NCBI GenBank assembly: GCA_964623775.1 | Contig: CAZUVH010000006.1 | Coordinates: 4,256-68,255 of the forward strand | Direction of reading: 5' to 3' | Origin: an uncultured Candidatus Saccharibacteria bacterium | GTDB lineage: Bacteria; Patescibacteriota; Minisyncoccia; Phycocordibacterales; UBA2100 | Length of the DNA stretch: 64,000 nucleotides | Part shown: positions 39,979-50,500 of the stretch, in pieces | Position numbering within the stretch: position 1 is the stretch's first letter | Layout of the letters: each line of letters starts with the position of its first letter | Notes under the pieces: generated by a model | What the model saw: the letters and a program-made list of their open reading frames with translations, nothing else | Told to the model about the DNA's origin: nothing | Databases searched by the model: none | Position numbers and translations under genes: made by a program

Positions 39979-41250
39979 GTGAACTATATGAGTATCTACT
40001 CAAGTCATGGACGCAGCCCCTCCCGTCATGGAGGGTCTCGCTCTGGCGGACGTTCGGATGGTGGTCGCGCAGCGTTGCGTGGTCGTTCATTCTCTCGCCC
40101 GTCTTTTAACAACCGACGTGGTGGAGGCAATCGCGGTCCGAAAGGGGATCGCATTGATGTGTCGCGTTTTATAAATCATGCCGTCGAGCCGGTGCACGCA
40201 CAGGTATTTGTACCGAAGCACCAATTTTCCGATTTTGCTCTCGATACTCGTATCAAGCAGAATATCGCTCGCAAGGGATACGTAACTCCGACGCCGATTC
40301 AGGATCATTCGATCCCGGTCGTGCTCACCGGCGCTGATATCGTCGGTATTGCCAATACCGGCACAGGAAAGACCGCGGCATTTCTTTTGCCGCTCATCCA
40401 CAAGGTGCTCAACGATCGCTCGGCGCGCGTATTGATCATGGTCCCGACGCGCGAGCTCGCCGTCCAGATCGAGGATGAATACTGGGGTTTTGCCGATTCG
40501 CTCCGCATTGGCGCGGTTACCTGCGTCGGCGGTGTTTCGATCGGTAAGCAAATCGCCACACTGCGTCGCAATCCTAATTTCGTCATCGGCACGCCGGGAC
40601 GACTCAAGGATCTCATGGAGCGCCGTGAATTGGACATCTCTACCTTCTCGACCGTTGTGCTCGACGAAGCTGATCGCATGCTCGACATGGGATTCATCCA
40701 CGACATGCGCTTCATCCTTTCGAAGATGGTTGTGCCACGTCACACACTCTTTTTCTCCGCGACGCTTTCGCGCGAGATCGAGATGCTCATCGGCACCTTC
40801 CTCAATAATCCGGTACGCGTATCTGTAAAGACAGGAGACACCTCAAAAAATGTCCATCAGGATATCGTCCGTGTCGAGGGAGGCAAGAATAAGATCGACA
40901 TCCTTCACGATCTTTTGACGCAGGCCGATTTCCAGAAAGTGCTCGTCTTCGGACGAACAAAGCACGGAGTCGAGAAGCTCTCGAAAGTGCTCGTCCAGCG
41001 AGGGTTCAAATCAGAATCAATTCATGGCAACAAGAATCAAAACAAGCGCCAAAGGGCACTCGATCTCTTCAAGAAGAATCAAATCCAAGTGCTCGTCGCG
41101 ACCGACGTCGCAGCCCGCGGCATCGACGTTGATGATGTGAGTCATGTCATCAATTACGACCTTCCGACTACGTACGAGGATTACGTGCACCGCATCGGCC
41201 GTACTGGCCGCGCAGGGAAGCAGGGCAAGGCACTTACATTCGTCGAATAG
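39979..41250 (+). CDS. DEAD-box ATP-dependent RNA helicase
   Basis: Q motif, TGTGKTAAF (I), DEAD (II), SAT (III) and HRIGRTGRAG (VI); a glycine/arginine-rich N-terminal tail. Confidence 0.9.
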   Translation: MNYMSIYSSHGRSPSRHGGSRSGGRSDGGRAALRGRSFSRPSFNNRRGGGNRGPKGDRIDVSRFINHAVEPVHAQVFVPKHQFSDFALDTRIKQNIARKGYVTPTPIQDHSIPVVLTGADIVGIANTGTGKTAAFLLPLIHKVLNDRSARVLIMVPTRELAVQIEDEYWGFADSLRIGAVTCVGGVSIGKQIATLRRNPNFVIGTPGRLKDLMERRELDISTFSTVVLDEADRMLDMGFIHDMRFILSKMVVPRHTLFFSATLSREIEMLIGTFLNNPVRVSVKTGDTSKNVHQDIVRVEGGKNKIDILHDLLTQADFQKVLVFGRTKHGVEKLSKVLVQRGFKSESIHGNKNQNKRQRALDLFKKNQIQVLVATDVAARGIDVDDVSHVINYDLPTTYEDYVHRIGRTGRAGKQGKALTFVE

Positions 41251-41302
41251 CCAGACCATCCGTTTCCTGGCACGGAGGCACCGATTTGCTATCATTATCG
41301 GT

Positions 41303-41767
41303 ATGGCAATCGAATCGGGCTATGGGGTGTTTGGATCGCAAAGAATACCGCATTACTGGGGCGACGTCGTGCGAGTGCTTTTCGTCACTTCTGCGGCACT
41401 TTCAATAATTGCAATCCCGCTTTTGGGCGATCTACTGCCGTTTGGATCTTTTTTTGAAATCATACTAGCGGTCGCGCTCGTGATCTTGGCCGCCCTCACA
41501 AATCCGCATAGCCGTTCGATCATGACGGCAAATGCAATTCTCGCTGGCATCGGCGTAGTCGTCTACGAGCAAGCTGCGGTCTCGCTCTACTCGACCGACT
41601 CTTTTCCTCTCTTTATCGCTCGCGAAGCAGTCGCGCTCATGCTTCTTTTTGCACTCTACTACAGTGCCAAGACACTGCGCTCCATGATGCTGCGCAAGAT
41701 AGGGCGCGGAGATGCGTTTGGTGAATTTGTCGAGACCGAGGTAGAGAGTGATACGACGGAGGACTGA
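41303..41767 (+). CDS. Hypothetical membrane protein
   Basis: Start at ATG 41303 (MAIESGYG..), four TM helices and an acidic C-terminus. Confidence 0.4.
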   Translation: MAIESGYGVFGSQRIPHYWGDVVRVLFVTSAALSIIAIPLLGDLLPFGSFFEIILAVALVILAALTNPHSRSIMTANAILAGIGVVVYEQAAVSLYSTDSFPLFIAREAVALMLLFALYYSAKTLRSMMLRKIGRGDAFGEFVETEVESDTTED

Positions 41768-41833
41768 TCAAAGCTCGAATCAATAGATGTGGATGTGACT
41801 AAATCCCCGCAGTCTATGGGGTAAAATACAGCA

Positions 41834-43147
41834 ATGATTCCCCCGAAGTTTGTTGCGCTCGCACTCGTCTTCGTCACGCTTATTTCTGGAGGTGTGTACG
41901 GTTCTTACACGTACGTGACACCTGCAAAGCAGCAAGAGGTCACTGTTCAGTATGCGACTCCCGAGGAATCGGATGTGTACGTGCGTTTCGGCATGGAAGC
42001 GTACGATTCAATACTTAAAAATTATTGGAAGAAAGTATCGGAGGCTGATCTCGCTCAGCTTTTTCAGCAGTCTCTCCAAAAAGCCACCAGTTCCTCGACG
42101 CCACTCTCGAGCCCCGACAGGGCGGGCACGGCAAAAATGCTGCATCAGGGATTTGGTGCCGTCGCGGAGGGTGCAAAAAAGGAGCTCGCGATCAATACAC
42201 TCATCGTCGCGCTCTATAATTTGCCGCCGGTCGGCCGAGCGCAGCTCCTTTCTGCCAAGCAGGAGACGACGCTTCGTCAGGAGGTGAGCAATGTCAATCC
42301 GAATAAGGATTTGTATGCAGATGTGGGCGCGGCAAGTGGTGCGACGGTCGAGGATGTTAAGGCTGCATTCATCGAAAAGAAAGAAGAGCTCGAGAAAAAG
42401 GATACCGAGGAGGCAAAGCAGCAGCTCGCGCAGGCTAAATACGCGTACGATGTCCTCACGAAAGACGAGACCAAGACACGATACGACGTGGCAAAAATCG
42501 AACCCACCATTTTCACGCGTCAGATAGGGACGACGCTCTACCTCTATATTGAAAAGATGTCGCCAACGACACTCGATGAATTCATAAGCGCGGTCAATGA
42601 GGGTGCGAAAAATAAGACGACAAGCCTCATCATCGACATGCGCGGCAATATCGGCGGGTCGCTCGATATCGCGCCATCGTTCATCGGATTATTTGAGGGA
42701 CAAAATTCGTATACCTTCGATCTTTTTCATCAAGATGATTATCAGGTGCTGAGGTCGCCCGCGCCGAAGCTCGATTCGCTCGCGCAATTTCAAGAAGTCG
42801 CCGTGTTGACCGATGGCATGACACAATCGACCGCCGAGGTGATCACCGCAGCTCTGCGCCGTTTCAATATCGCGCATGTCGTCGGTGCGACGACGCGTGG
42901 GTGGGGGACTGTCGAGAATACATTCCCACTTTCCACCGAAATCGATCCCACCGAGAAGTACACGATGCTCCTCGTGCACAGCCTCACGCTGCGGGATGAC
43001 AATCAACCGATTGAAAGCCGTGGTGTCGATCCCGATATCGCAATCAGTAACCCAAATTGGCGCACTGAATTGGTCAAATACTTCAGGTCCACCAGTTTTA
43101 TAGAGGTGATTCGCTCCGTGGCGACAAAACCGCCCCTAAAAGGCTAG
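41834..43147 (+). CDS. S41-family C-terminal processing peptidase-like protein with an inserted degenerate J-domain-like segment
   Basis: LIIDMRGNIGGSLD is the S41 signature. DLYADVGAASGATVEDVKAAFIEKKEEL..YAYDVLTKDETKTRYD resembles a DnaJ J-domain but lacks HPD. Confidence 0.6.
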   Translation: MIPPKFVALALVFVTLISGGVYGSYTYVTPAKQQEVTVQYATPEESDVYVRFGMEAYDSILKNYWKKVSEADLAQLFQQSLQKATSSSTPLSSPDRAGTAKMLHQGFGAVAEGAKKELAINTLIVALYNLPPVGRAQLLSAKQETTLRQEVSNVNPNKDLYADVGAASGATVEDVKAAFIEKKEELEKKDTEEAKQQLAQAKYAYDVLTKDETKTRYDVAKIEPTIFTRQIGTTLYLYIEKMSPTTLDEFISAVNEGAKNKTTSLIIDMRGNIGGSLDIAPSFIGLFEGQNSYTFDLFHQDDYQVLRSPAPKLDSLAQFQEVAVLTDGMTQSTAEVITAALRRFNIAHVVGATTRGWGTVENTFPLSTEIDPTEKYTMLLVHSLTLRDDNQPIESRGVDPDIAISNPNWRTELVKYFRSTSFIEVIRSVATKPPLKG

Positions 43148-43243
43148 CCCTTGCATCCTCGCAAAAATAGTGGCATAGTGCACGCATTAAGAGCGGCAAA
43201 ATCACCATTTTAAGCCATTATTTAGCCATTTAAGGTATTTATT

Positions 43244-44995
43244 ATGAAGACATTTATCACATTTGTAGCCAGTTTCGTGCTCGTCCTCGGAGCCTCTCCG
43301 GTCTCTGCCCAGACGTTCAATAGTTTCTATAGTGCCGTCAATCCGGGCGTCTGTGCCAATCTCACGAGTGATCTCTCGATTGGCTCGAAAGGCTCTCAGG
43401 TACGCGCCCTCCAAACGTTCCTCGTCGCACAGAATTATTCTGGTGGTGGTAATTGGATGATCACAGGTAATTACGGACAAGCGACAGCAGCTGCGGTGAG
43501 GATTTTTCAGCAGCAACGCGGGTTGCCGATCACGGGGTGGGTGGATGCCGCGACACGTGCCGCGATTAATCAAGCGGGATGTGGCAATAGCTACGGATAC
43601 AACAATTTTAATTTCGGCAACACGTATCCCGACTACAGCTTCCCCAACAATTACTTCTACCCGTACAACTACAATAACTACCCCTATAACAACTACCCGT
43701 ACAACTACAACAACAACTGTGGCGCATATCCGTACTTCTACAGCTGCCAGACGAACACCGGATCTGCCCCGACCATCACATCGCTCTCGAACCAGTACGC
43801 AATGCCGGGGACCTCTGTCACCGTGTATGGCACAGGATTTGATAGTGTAAACAACACTGTATATGTCGGCGGTACCACGCTGCGCAATATTGCTTCCTAC
43901 AACGGCACGACACTTACCTTCGTCGTACCGACAAGCGCGGTTGGCACCGTATCGATCTCAGTCGCCAATACATACGGCACCAGCAATGCACTAACGCTCA
44001 ATACGGGCGTAAATCCTAATACCTGCAACACGTATCCGTATTATCAGTACGGCTACGGCAGCTATTGCCCGCCAGCATCCAACGGCCAGATCAGTATCTA
44101 TCCAGCTTCGGGCGGAGTCGGCACGAACGTTACCGTCTATGGCTGGAATTTCACGCAGACCAACAACACAGTGCGCTTTGGCAACGGCATCATCGCAAAC
44201 CTTAGCTCCAATGATGGCCGTTCGATCTCGTTCACCGTACCCTCCTCGATTTCCGGCTATGGCTACCAGCCGATTGGCTTGGGATCGTACAACGTATCCG
44301 TGACGAATGGCGTGGGTCAAACGAGCGGATCTGTGCCGTTTATGATTACTTCGCTTGGCGGCAGCGGCAACTCGGCAGCTCCGACCATCACGAGTGTCTC
44401 TGGTCCGACGACGATTGCCGTAAACACGCAGGGCACATGGACGCTCCAGATCAACAACAATCAGACCAATTCCTACACGACAACCTCTGTAAACTGGGGT
44501 GATCAGAATGTTTATGGCGCCGCACTCTCCGCGAATCAGACGACGTACGCGCAGGGGAGTCAGTCGGTCAGCTTCACGCACACGTACACGACGACGGGCA
44601 CCTACACGATCGTCTTTACGGTGACCGGCGTCAACGGTCTCTCGAATACTTCGAGCGTGACGGTAAATGTGAATGCAAATAATGCCGGCAACGTATCGCT
44701 GACCTCGCTCTCACCGAGCTATGGTCCGATCGGTACGCAAATCATTCTCGTAGGCACTGGTTTCACCAACGACAACACGATTTACTTCGGAATCGGCGGC
44801 AAGCTTCATGTCCCTTCGTTCAACAACGGTACGCTCATGTCGTTCACCGTCCCGCAGTACGTCGCCCCGTGCGATCTCGTACAGCCGGGCCAGGTGTGCA
44901 CTCAAAATATCCAGCAGGTCATGCCGGGTGCGATCCAGGTGAAAGTAGGGAATAGCAACGGCACCTCCCAGACCCTCTACTTTCAGGTGCTGTAA
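43244..44995 (+). CDS. Secreted cell-surface protein with a peptidoglycan-binding domain, a Tyr/Asn-rich linker and IPT/TIG-like repeats
   Basis: Signal peptide; a PG_binding_1-like segment (QVRALQTFLVAQNY..GNYGQATAAAVRIFQQQRGLPITGWVDAATRAAI); repeated PTITS..GTSVTVYGTGF beta-sandwich units. Confidence 0.55.
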   Translation: MKTFITFVASFVLVLGASPVSAQTFNSFYSAVNPGVCANLTSDLSIGSKGSQVRALQTFLVAQNYSGGGNWMITGNYGQATAAAVRIFQQQRGLPITGWVDAATRAAINQAGCGNSYGYNNFNFGNTYPDYSFPNNYFYPYNYNNYPYNNYPYNYNNNCGAYPYFYSCQTNTGSAPTITSLSNQYAMPGTSVTVYGTGFDSVNNTVYVGGTTLRNIASYNGTTLTFVVPTSAVGTVSISVANTYGTSNALTLNTGVNPNTCNTYPYYQYGYGSYCPPASNGQISIYPASGGVGTNVTVYGWNFTQTNNTVRFGNGIIANLSSNDGRSISFTVPSSISGYGYQPIGLGSYNVSVTNGVGQTSGSVPFMITSLGGSGNSAAPTITSVSGPTTIAVNTQGTWTLQINNNQTNSYTTTSVNWGDQNVYGAALSANQTTYAQGSQSVSFTHTYTTTGTYTIVFTVTGVNGLSNTSSVTVNVNANNAGNVSLTSLSPSYGPIGTQIILVGTGFTNDNTIYFGIGGKLHVPSFNNGTLMSFTVPQYVAPCDLVQPGQVCTQNIQQVMPGAIQVKVGNSNGTSQTLYFQVL

Positions 44996-45114
44996 AAGTT
45001 CGTAGTTCTTTGAAAAAGGATCAGCTGTTTGCCGCAGCGAAAAGCACCCATACGGGTTCTTCTCGCTGCGGCACAACCATTCTGGTAAAGCCGCGCAACA
45101 GAAGGAGACCCATT

Positions 45115-45798
45115 ATGGGGAGCCTCATTACTGAGACGCCGTTTTCGGAAATTACGGCAACACTCGAAGTCTTGGACCGCCACGGAGTGGGACGAGATCA
45201 TCTGAAGAAATTTCGTGCAGCGTCGTCGGGAGTGCAGGGACATATCGCCCTTATCCTGAAGACGGCTGACACGTGCACAATGATTTCGAGCACGAACACG
45301 TATACGAGCGATAACTCGAAGCCCAAGAAACTCCTCGTATCTGTTCGCTCGTTCAGGGCACCGGGCGCCAAGAAATTTGTTGCCATGAAGCAATTCCACA
45401 TCAGAATTTCTACGGACGCACGCGTGCGTATCTCGCGTCTCGGCGCCAACTTCATGACGAATTTTTTCGAGAAGACTGAGGCCGACGTTGCCGAATGCGT
45501 GCTCAAGCTTAAGCAGCTTCGTCAGGCTTCACTCGACACTCCGATCATCATGGAGCAAGGTGGCGAGAAGAAGGCCGAAATCAACCTGTGTGAATACTAC
45601 GAGACACTCGCGTATAAGCAGGCGATTCGTGACTTTTCGCGCTTGGTTGCCCATATCCGCGCTGTGGACGGCGGTCTCATGGCGGTCGCTGCTCACTGGG
45701 GCACTGAAGGCTTTGGTGGTGATGGATGGATCATCGAGGCCTTCCCGGTTGGCAATCCGCACGGCTGGAATGCTGGCAACGAGTTCGTCTCTCGCTAA
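45115..45798 (+). CDS. Paralog of the DGR target protein, carrying a degenerate VR-like 3' end
   Basis: About 60% identical to 50501..51121 across the body; its 3' end 45676..45795 is homologous to the TR but has non-adenine mismatches and a 15-nt indel. Confidence 0.55.
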   Translation: MGSLITETPFSEITATLEVLDRHGVGRDHLKKFRAASSGVQGHIALILKTADTCTMISSTNTYTSDNSKPKKLLVSVRSFRAPGAKKFVAMKQFHIRISTDARVRISRLGANFMTNFFEKTEADVAECVLKLKQLRQASLDTPIIMEQGGEKKAEINLCEYYETLAYKQAIRDFSRLVAHIRAVDGGLMAVAAHWGTEGFGGDGWIIEAFPVGNPHGWNAGNEFVSR

Positions 45799-45899
45799 TT
45801 CTATAGCTCTCTGATTTTGACCTTTCGACCCTTCGAATCTTTGTCACTTTGACGAAATTCGGAGGGTTTTTATTTTTTTTACTTTGCTATACTCCACGC

Positions 45900-46157
45900 A
45901 TGGATCCTAATAAAGTAGCGAAGCAGTTTTGCGACAATATATCAGTAGCGTTCTCACAGGAGTTTTTTGTCATGGGTATGCTCACCGGCGAAAATGGCAT
46001 TACGTACGCGCTCACGCCGCAGCACATGAAGCGTCTCGCGCAATATCTGAGTCATCAGATTACGGATTACGAAAAGGCGTTTGGTGAGATCAAGGCGGAG
46101 TGGAAGCCGGGTGTGCAGAGCCCCATCCAGACCAAGGATGTGATGGGCGGCAAGTAA
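45900..46157 (+). CDS. DUF3467-family small protein
   Basis: Start at ATG 45900; NISVAFSQEFFVMGM..TPQHMKRLAQYLSHQITDYEKAFG matches the DUF3467 pattern from memory. Confidence 0.5.
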   Translation: MDPNKVAKQFCDNISVAFSQEFFVMGMLTGENGITYALTPQHMKRLAQYLSHQITDYEKAFGEIKAEWKPGVQSPIQTKDVMGGK

Positions 46158-46196
46158 GCTTGCAAAGCAATCTTTTTGCGTCTTTGCTCGGACGAA

Positions 46197-46910
46197 ATGA
46201 AAATTGATTTTCATTTCGCATCCTCGCTAGCCGCAATGACCGAAAATGATACGATACTGCTATCTATGCGCGCGCGACTCATACTCGCAGTCGTAGGACT
46301 TCTCGCGATTGCAGCCGCCTTGATCATTGGTGCGTTTGGCATGCGTCTCGCGATGTCGCCCTACATGTACACCTCCCTTGATTCCGTGCCCCATGCAAAA
46401 GCGGCACTTATACTCGGCGCATCAGTCCAGCGAGGCTTGCCGTCACCCATCCTCGCCAATCGTGCAAATGCCGCGATCGTGCTGTATAAGGCTGGCAAAG
46501 TCGAAAAGATACTGGTGACCGGCGACGATGGTCAGTACGATTACGATGAAGTTACTCCCGTCCGAAAGTACCTTGTAGACGCCGGTATTGCAGAAGAAGA
46601 TATTTTTCTCGATCACGCAGGTTTCGATACATACAGCAGTATGTATCGCGCTCGCGATATTTTCGGTGTTGAGTCGATGATTGTCGTGACACAGGATTTC
46701 CATATGCCGCGATCTCTTTTTCTTGCGCGGCGTCTCGGCATCACCGCATATGGATACCTCGCTCCACACGAAGGAGGATATGCACGCACCTACCTTCGCG
46801 AAATTCCGGCATCGCTGAAAGCATATCTCGATCTTTTTACGCACCGCTTGCCTCGTTTTCTCGGAGATCAGATCCCACTCTCAGGGAGCGGTACGACCAC
46901 ATGGTATTGA
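46197..46910 (+). CDS. SanA/YdcF (DUF218) family membrane-anchored protein
   Basis: N-terminal TM then ILGASV..ILVTGDDGQYDYDEV..VVTQDFHMPRSL, typical of DUF218. Confidence 0.6.
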   Translation: MKIDFHFASSLAAMTENDTILLSMRARLILAVVGLLAIAAALIIGAFGMRLAMSPYMYTSLDSVPHAKAALILGASVQRGLPSPILANRANAAIVLYKAGKVEKILVTGDDGQYDYDEVTPVRKYLVDAGIAEEDIFLDHAGFDTYSSMYRARDIFGVESMIVVTQDFHMPRSLFLARRLGITAYGYLAPHEGGYARTYLREIPASLKAYLDLFTHRLPRFLGDQIPLSGSGTTTWY

Positions 46911-46950
46911 AATAATTGTAGTACTCGTCCGTCTACGCTACTATCAGGAT

Positions 46951-48453
46951 ATGAAACGTTTGTTGATTGTTGCTATGGCGATTGTTTTTTCGATGCCCGC
47001 GAGCGTCGCCGCGGCACCTCTTGAGTTTGAAGTGACGGGGTGGTTGCCGTACTGGCGAGCTTCCTCGAGTACCAAAGATGTGATGCCGCACCTCGATCTT
47101 CTTACTGAAGTAAATCCGTTCGTCTATACACTCAAGAACGACGGCACGCTTGTCGATAACGGTAGACTCGAAGAGGAGCCATGGGCGAGTTTCATTGCTG
47201 CCGCAAAAGCCAAAAAAGTGCGCGTCATCCCGACGATCATGTCAGGCAGTGGCGAGACGCTTCACCGCATATTGAGCGATACAAAATCGCGCATCGCACT
47301 TGAGGATGCGATCGCCGCCGAGGTAAAGGCCAAGGGGTACGACGGCATTGATATTGATTTCGAGGGCAAGCGCGCCGAGACCCGCGATTACTTCTCACTT
47401 TTTTTGAAGGGCCTCTACCAACGTATGGGCAACAAATGGGTCATGTGCACGATCGAATCGCGCACGCCGATCGATGATCGATACTATGGTGCCGAAACTC
47501 CGTCCGACGCGACAATCTATGCCAATGATTTCAAGGAGATCAATAAATACTGCGATCGTGTGCGCATCATGGCGTACGATCAGCAGGGGATCGATCAGTC
47601 GCTCACATCTCTGGCCGAAAAGTCCTCACAGCTTTATGCGCCTGTCGCGGACCCGCGCTGGGTAAGGAAGACGGTCGAAGTCGCCTCGAAAAATATCGCA
47701 AAAAGCAAAATACTCATCGGTATTCCGACATACGGATATGAGTACGAGGTTACCGCGTATGCAGGCAATCAATACATGTACGATATTCTTTGGACATTCA
47801 ATCCCGGCTGGGCGTATCAGCTCATGGCAAAGTACGGTGTCACAGCTGAGCGCAACGCTGCGGGCGAAATGCACTTCACGTATACGCCGAATCCCAACGA
47901 AAGTTCCATGGTGCCGCGCACTCCGACGCCGAATTCTGCTATGGTCGCAGCGATGGCGGCAAGCATGGTCGCGACGCAAGGCAACACAAATCTGAAATTT
48001 AGGCTTGTCGATTGGCCGGATGCACAATCGATTGCGGGTAAAATTGAGCTCGCAGAAATGCTTGGCGTACGCGGTGTCTCGATATTCAAAATGGATGGCG
48101 GCGAAGATCAGGGTATGTGGAAGGTGCTTGTGGGCGTCAAAGGCAGCCCTGTCGCTGCATCTGCTGCACCGCGCAGTACGATAAGTTCGATCACGAGTGA
48201 GCTCGAGCTCGGCGATAAGGGAGAAGATGTTCGTCGTTTGCAGGTCGCGCTCAACTCCGACCCCGCGACGCGTGTAGCCGCAAGCGGACTCGGCTCAAAA
48301 GGCAAAGAGAGCACGTACTTTGGCCCTGCTACACAGGCGGCTGTAAAGAAATTGCAGGAGAAATACAATATCGTCCGTCCCGGACAGACAGGCTACGGTC
48401 GCGTCGGCCCCTCGACCAAGATGCGCATCAATGCGATCCTTGATACGCTCTAA
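46951..48453 (+). CDS. Glycoside hydrolase family 18 (chitinase-like) protein with a C-terminal peptidoglycan-binding domain
   Basis: Signal peptide; GH18 catalytic motif YDGIDIDFE; C-terminal PG_binding_1-like LELGDKGEDVRRLQVAL..GPATQAAVKKLQEKYNI. Confidence 0.7.
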   Translation: MKRLLIVAMAIVFSMPASVAAAPLEFEVTGWLPYWRASSSTKDVMPHLDLLTEVNPFVYTLKNDGTLVDNGRLEEEPWASFIAAAKAKKVRVIPTIMSGSGETLHRILSDTKSRIALEDAIAAEVKAKGYDGIDIDFEGKRAETRDYFSLFLKGLYQRMGNKWVMCTIESRTPIDDRYYGAETPSDATIYANDFKEINKYCDRVRIMAYDQQGIDQSLTSLAEKSSQLYAPVADPRWVRKTVEVASKNIAKSKILIGIPTYGYEYEVTAYAGNQYMYDILWTFNPGWAYQLMAKYGVTAERNAAGEMHFTYTPNPNESSMVPRTPTPNSAMVAAMAASMVATQGNTNLKFRLVDWPDAQSIAGKIELAEMLGVRGVSIFKMDGGEDQGMWKVLVGVKGSPVAASAAPRSTISSITSELELGDKGEDVRRLQVALNSDPATRVAASGLGSKGKESTYFGPATQAAVKKLQEKYNIVRPGQTGYGRVGPSTKMRINAILDTL

Positions 48454-48517
48454 CTTGAAATTCGGCATTTTTTCTGTATAGTTGCACTGAAGCCCTCGGG
48501 GCTTTTCTCATTTACGT

Positions 48518-50302
48518 ATGGAAATCCGCAATATTGCTATTATCGCGCACGTCGACCACGGTAAGACAACCCTTACCGATGCTGTTTTGCGTCAAACGGG
48601 TGCGGCCGAAGAGGGGGTATCGATGGACTCCAATGACCTTGAACGCGAGCGCGGCATCACGATCTATTCCAAGAATGCTGCCATTTTCTATAAAGACACC
48701 AAAATTAATCTGGTTGATACACCCGGTCACTCCGACTTTGGTTCGGAAGTAGAGCGTGTCTTACGCAGTATCGACTGCGTGCTGCTTGTCGTTGATGCTC
48801 AGGAAGGTCCGATGCCACAGACACGATTCGTCCTCAAGAAATCTCTTGAGTTGGGGATCAAGCCAATCGTGGTGATCAACAAGATAGACAAGCCGGCAGC
48901 TGATCCTGCGCGCGCCGAAGAGCAGGTGCTCGAACTTTTCCTTGAACTCGGCGCGTCTGATGCTCAGTCCGACTTTCCCGTTGTGTACACGATCGGGAAG
49001 CAGGGAATTGCCAAATTGAAGCTCACCGATGAGTCCAAGGACCTGACGCCGCTCTTGGACATGATCCTGAAGCACGTGCCGCCAGCTGCCCCGGAAGGTT
49101 CCGATAACAAGCCTGTTCGCGCGCAACCTTTTAATCTCGCGTACGACAATTACCTTGGACGCCTCGCGATCGTTCGCATGTACGAAGGTGTCCTCAAGAC
49201 GGGCGATGCGGTCTTCGAAAAAACGGCTGCAGGGACAACGCGCAACGGCAAAATCACCAAGATGTTCACTTTCAAGGGATTATTGCGAGTCGAGACACCG
49301 GAAGTAGGGCCCGGTGATATCGCGATGATCGCGGGCCTACCCGATACATTTATCGGAGAGACGATCACGACTGATGCGGGGGCGGAGCCGCTTCCTGCGA
49401 TTGCGATTGATGAGCCGACGATCACGCTCAATTTCTTGGTCAACAATTCTCCATTTGCAGGTCGTGAAGGCAAATTTGTCACGACTCGTCAGATCCGCGA
49501 ACGACTTGAGCGCGAGCTCGAAGTTAACGTCGGTCTACGAGTCGATCTCGATAAAGGAGATGTCTTCCATGTTTCCGGCCGTGGCGAATTACATATCGCT
49601 ATTCTGCTCGAAAACATGCGTCGCGAGGGCTACGAAATGCAGGTCTCGCAGCCGCAGGTCATTTTCCATGAAGAAAATGGAGAGAGGCACGAGCCATACG
49701 AAGAGGTCATCGTTGATACCCCGCAAGAATATCAAGGCGCGATCATTGAGCGCCTCGGCACACGTAAATTCATCATGAAAGACATGAAAGTGCACGAGAA
49801 TCAGGTGCGACTCACCTTTGAAGGTCCGACACGTGGATTGCTCGGCTACCGCAATCAATTTGTTCTTGATACAAAAGGTGAGGGTATCATGTCTTCGCGC
49901 GTCGTAGGCTTCAAGCCGTTTGCAGGGGAGATCAAGAAGAAGCAGGTAGGCTCCATGATCTCGATGGCGACCGGCAAAGCACTCGGCTTTTCTCTGTGGA
50001 ATCTTCAGGATCGCGGCGTACTTTACATTCCGGCTGCGACTGAGGTATATGAAGGCATGGTCATCGGCAACACCTCTAAGGGTGAAGAAATGACCGTCAA
50101 CCCGACCAAGAACAAGAATCTCACCAACGTCCGTTCATCCGGCACAGACGAGGCGCTCACACTCATCCCTCCTTTCCAGCTTACGATCGAACGCGGCCTC
50201 GAGGTCATGGCAGAAGACGAATATTTGGAGATCACACCGGTCTCCGTTCGCCTGCGCAAACAGCAGCTTACCGAAAACGACCGTACACGCGCCCGCCGGT
50301 AA
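48518..50302 (+). CDS. typA: Translational GTPase TypA/BipA
   Basis: [18 protein letters not shown] and NKIDKP GTPase motifs; 594 aa with an EF-G-like domain order. Confidence 0.9.
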   Translation: MEIRNIAIIAHVDHGKTTLTDAVLRQTGAAEEGVSMDSNDLERERGITIYSKNAAIFYKDTKINLVDTPGHSDFGSEVERVLRSIDCVLLVVDAQEGPMPQTRFVLKKSLELGIKPIVVINKIDKPAADPARAEEQVLELFLELGASDAQSDFPVVYTIGKQGIAKLKLTDESKDLTPLLDMILKHVPPAAPEGSDNKPVRAQPFNLAYDNYLGRLAIVRMYEGVLKTGDAVFEKTAAGTTRNGKITKMFTFKGLLRVETPEVGPGDIAMIAGLPDTFIGETITTDAGAEPLPAIAIDEPTITLNFLVNNSPFAGREGKFVTTRQIRERLERELEVNVGLRVDLDKGDVFHVSGRGELHIAILLENMRREGYEMQVSQPQVIFHEENGERHEPYEEVIVDTPQEYQGAIIERLGTRKFIMKDMKVHENQVRLTFEGPTRGLLGYRNQFVLDTKGEGIMSSRVVGFKPFAGEIKKKQVGSMISMATGKALGFSLWNLQDRGVLYIPAATEVYEGMVIGNTSKGEEMTVNPTKNKNLTNVRSSGTDEALTLIPPFQLTIERGLEVMAEDEYLEITPVSVRLRKQQLTENDRTRARR

Positions 50303-50500
50303 GGAATAGCATATTTTGTGGCTCTAAATCTGGTTTGAATGGAGCTTGCTTTTTGTATGAAAAGTAGTATAATACCAACGGTTCTTTGAAAGTGATTTGC
50401 CACAGCAGAAAGCAGCTTATTTTAAGCATTTTTCTGCTGTGGCGAATCCGATAGGATTGGCTAGAACAGCGGCTGTAAACCCACTCAAAAGGAGAATACC

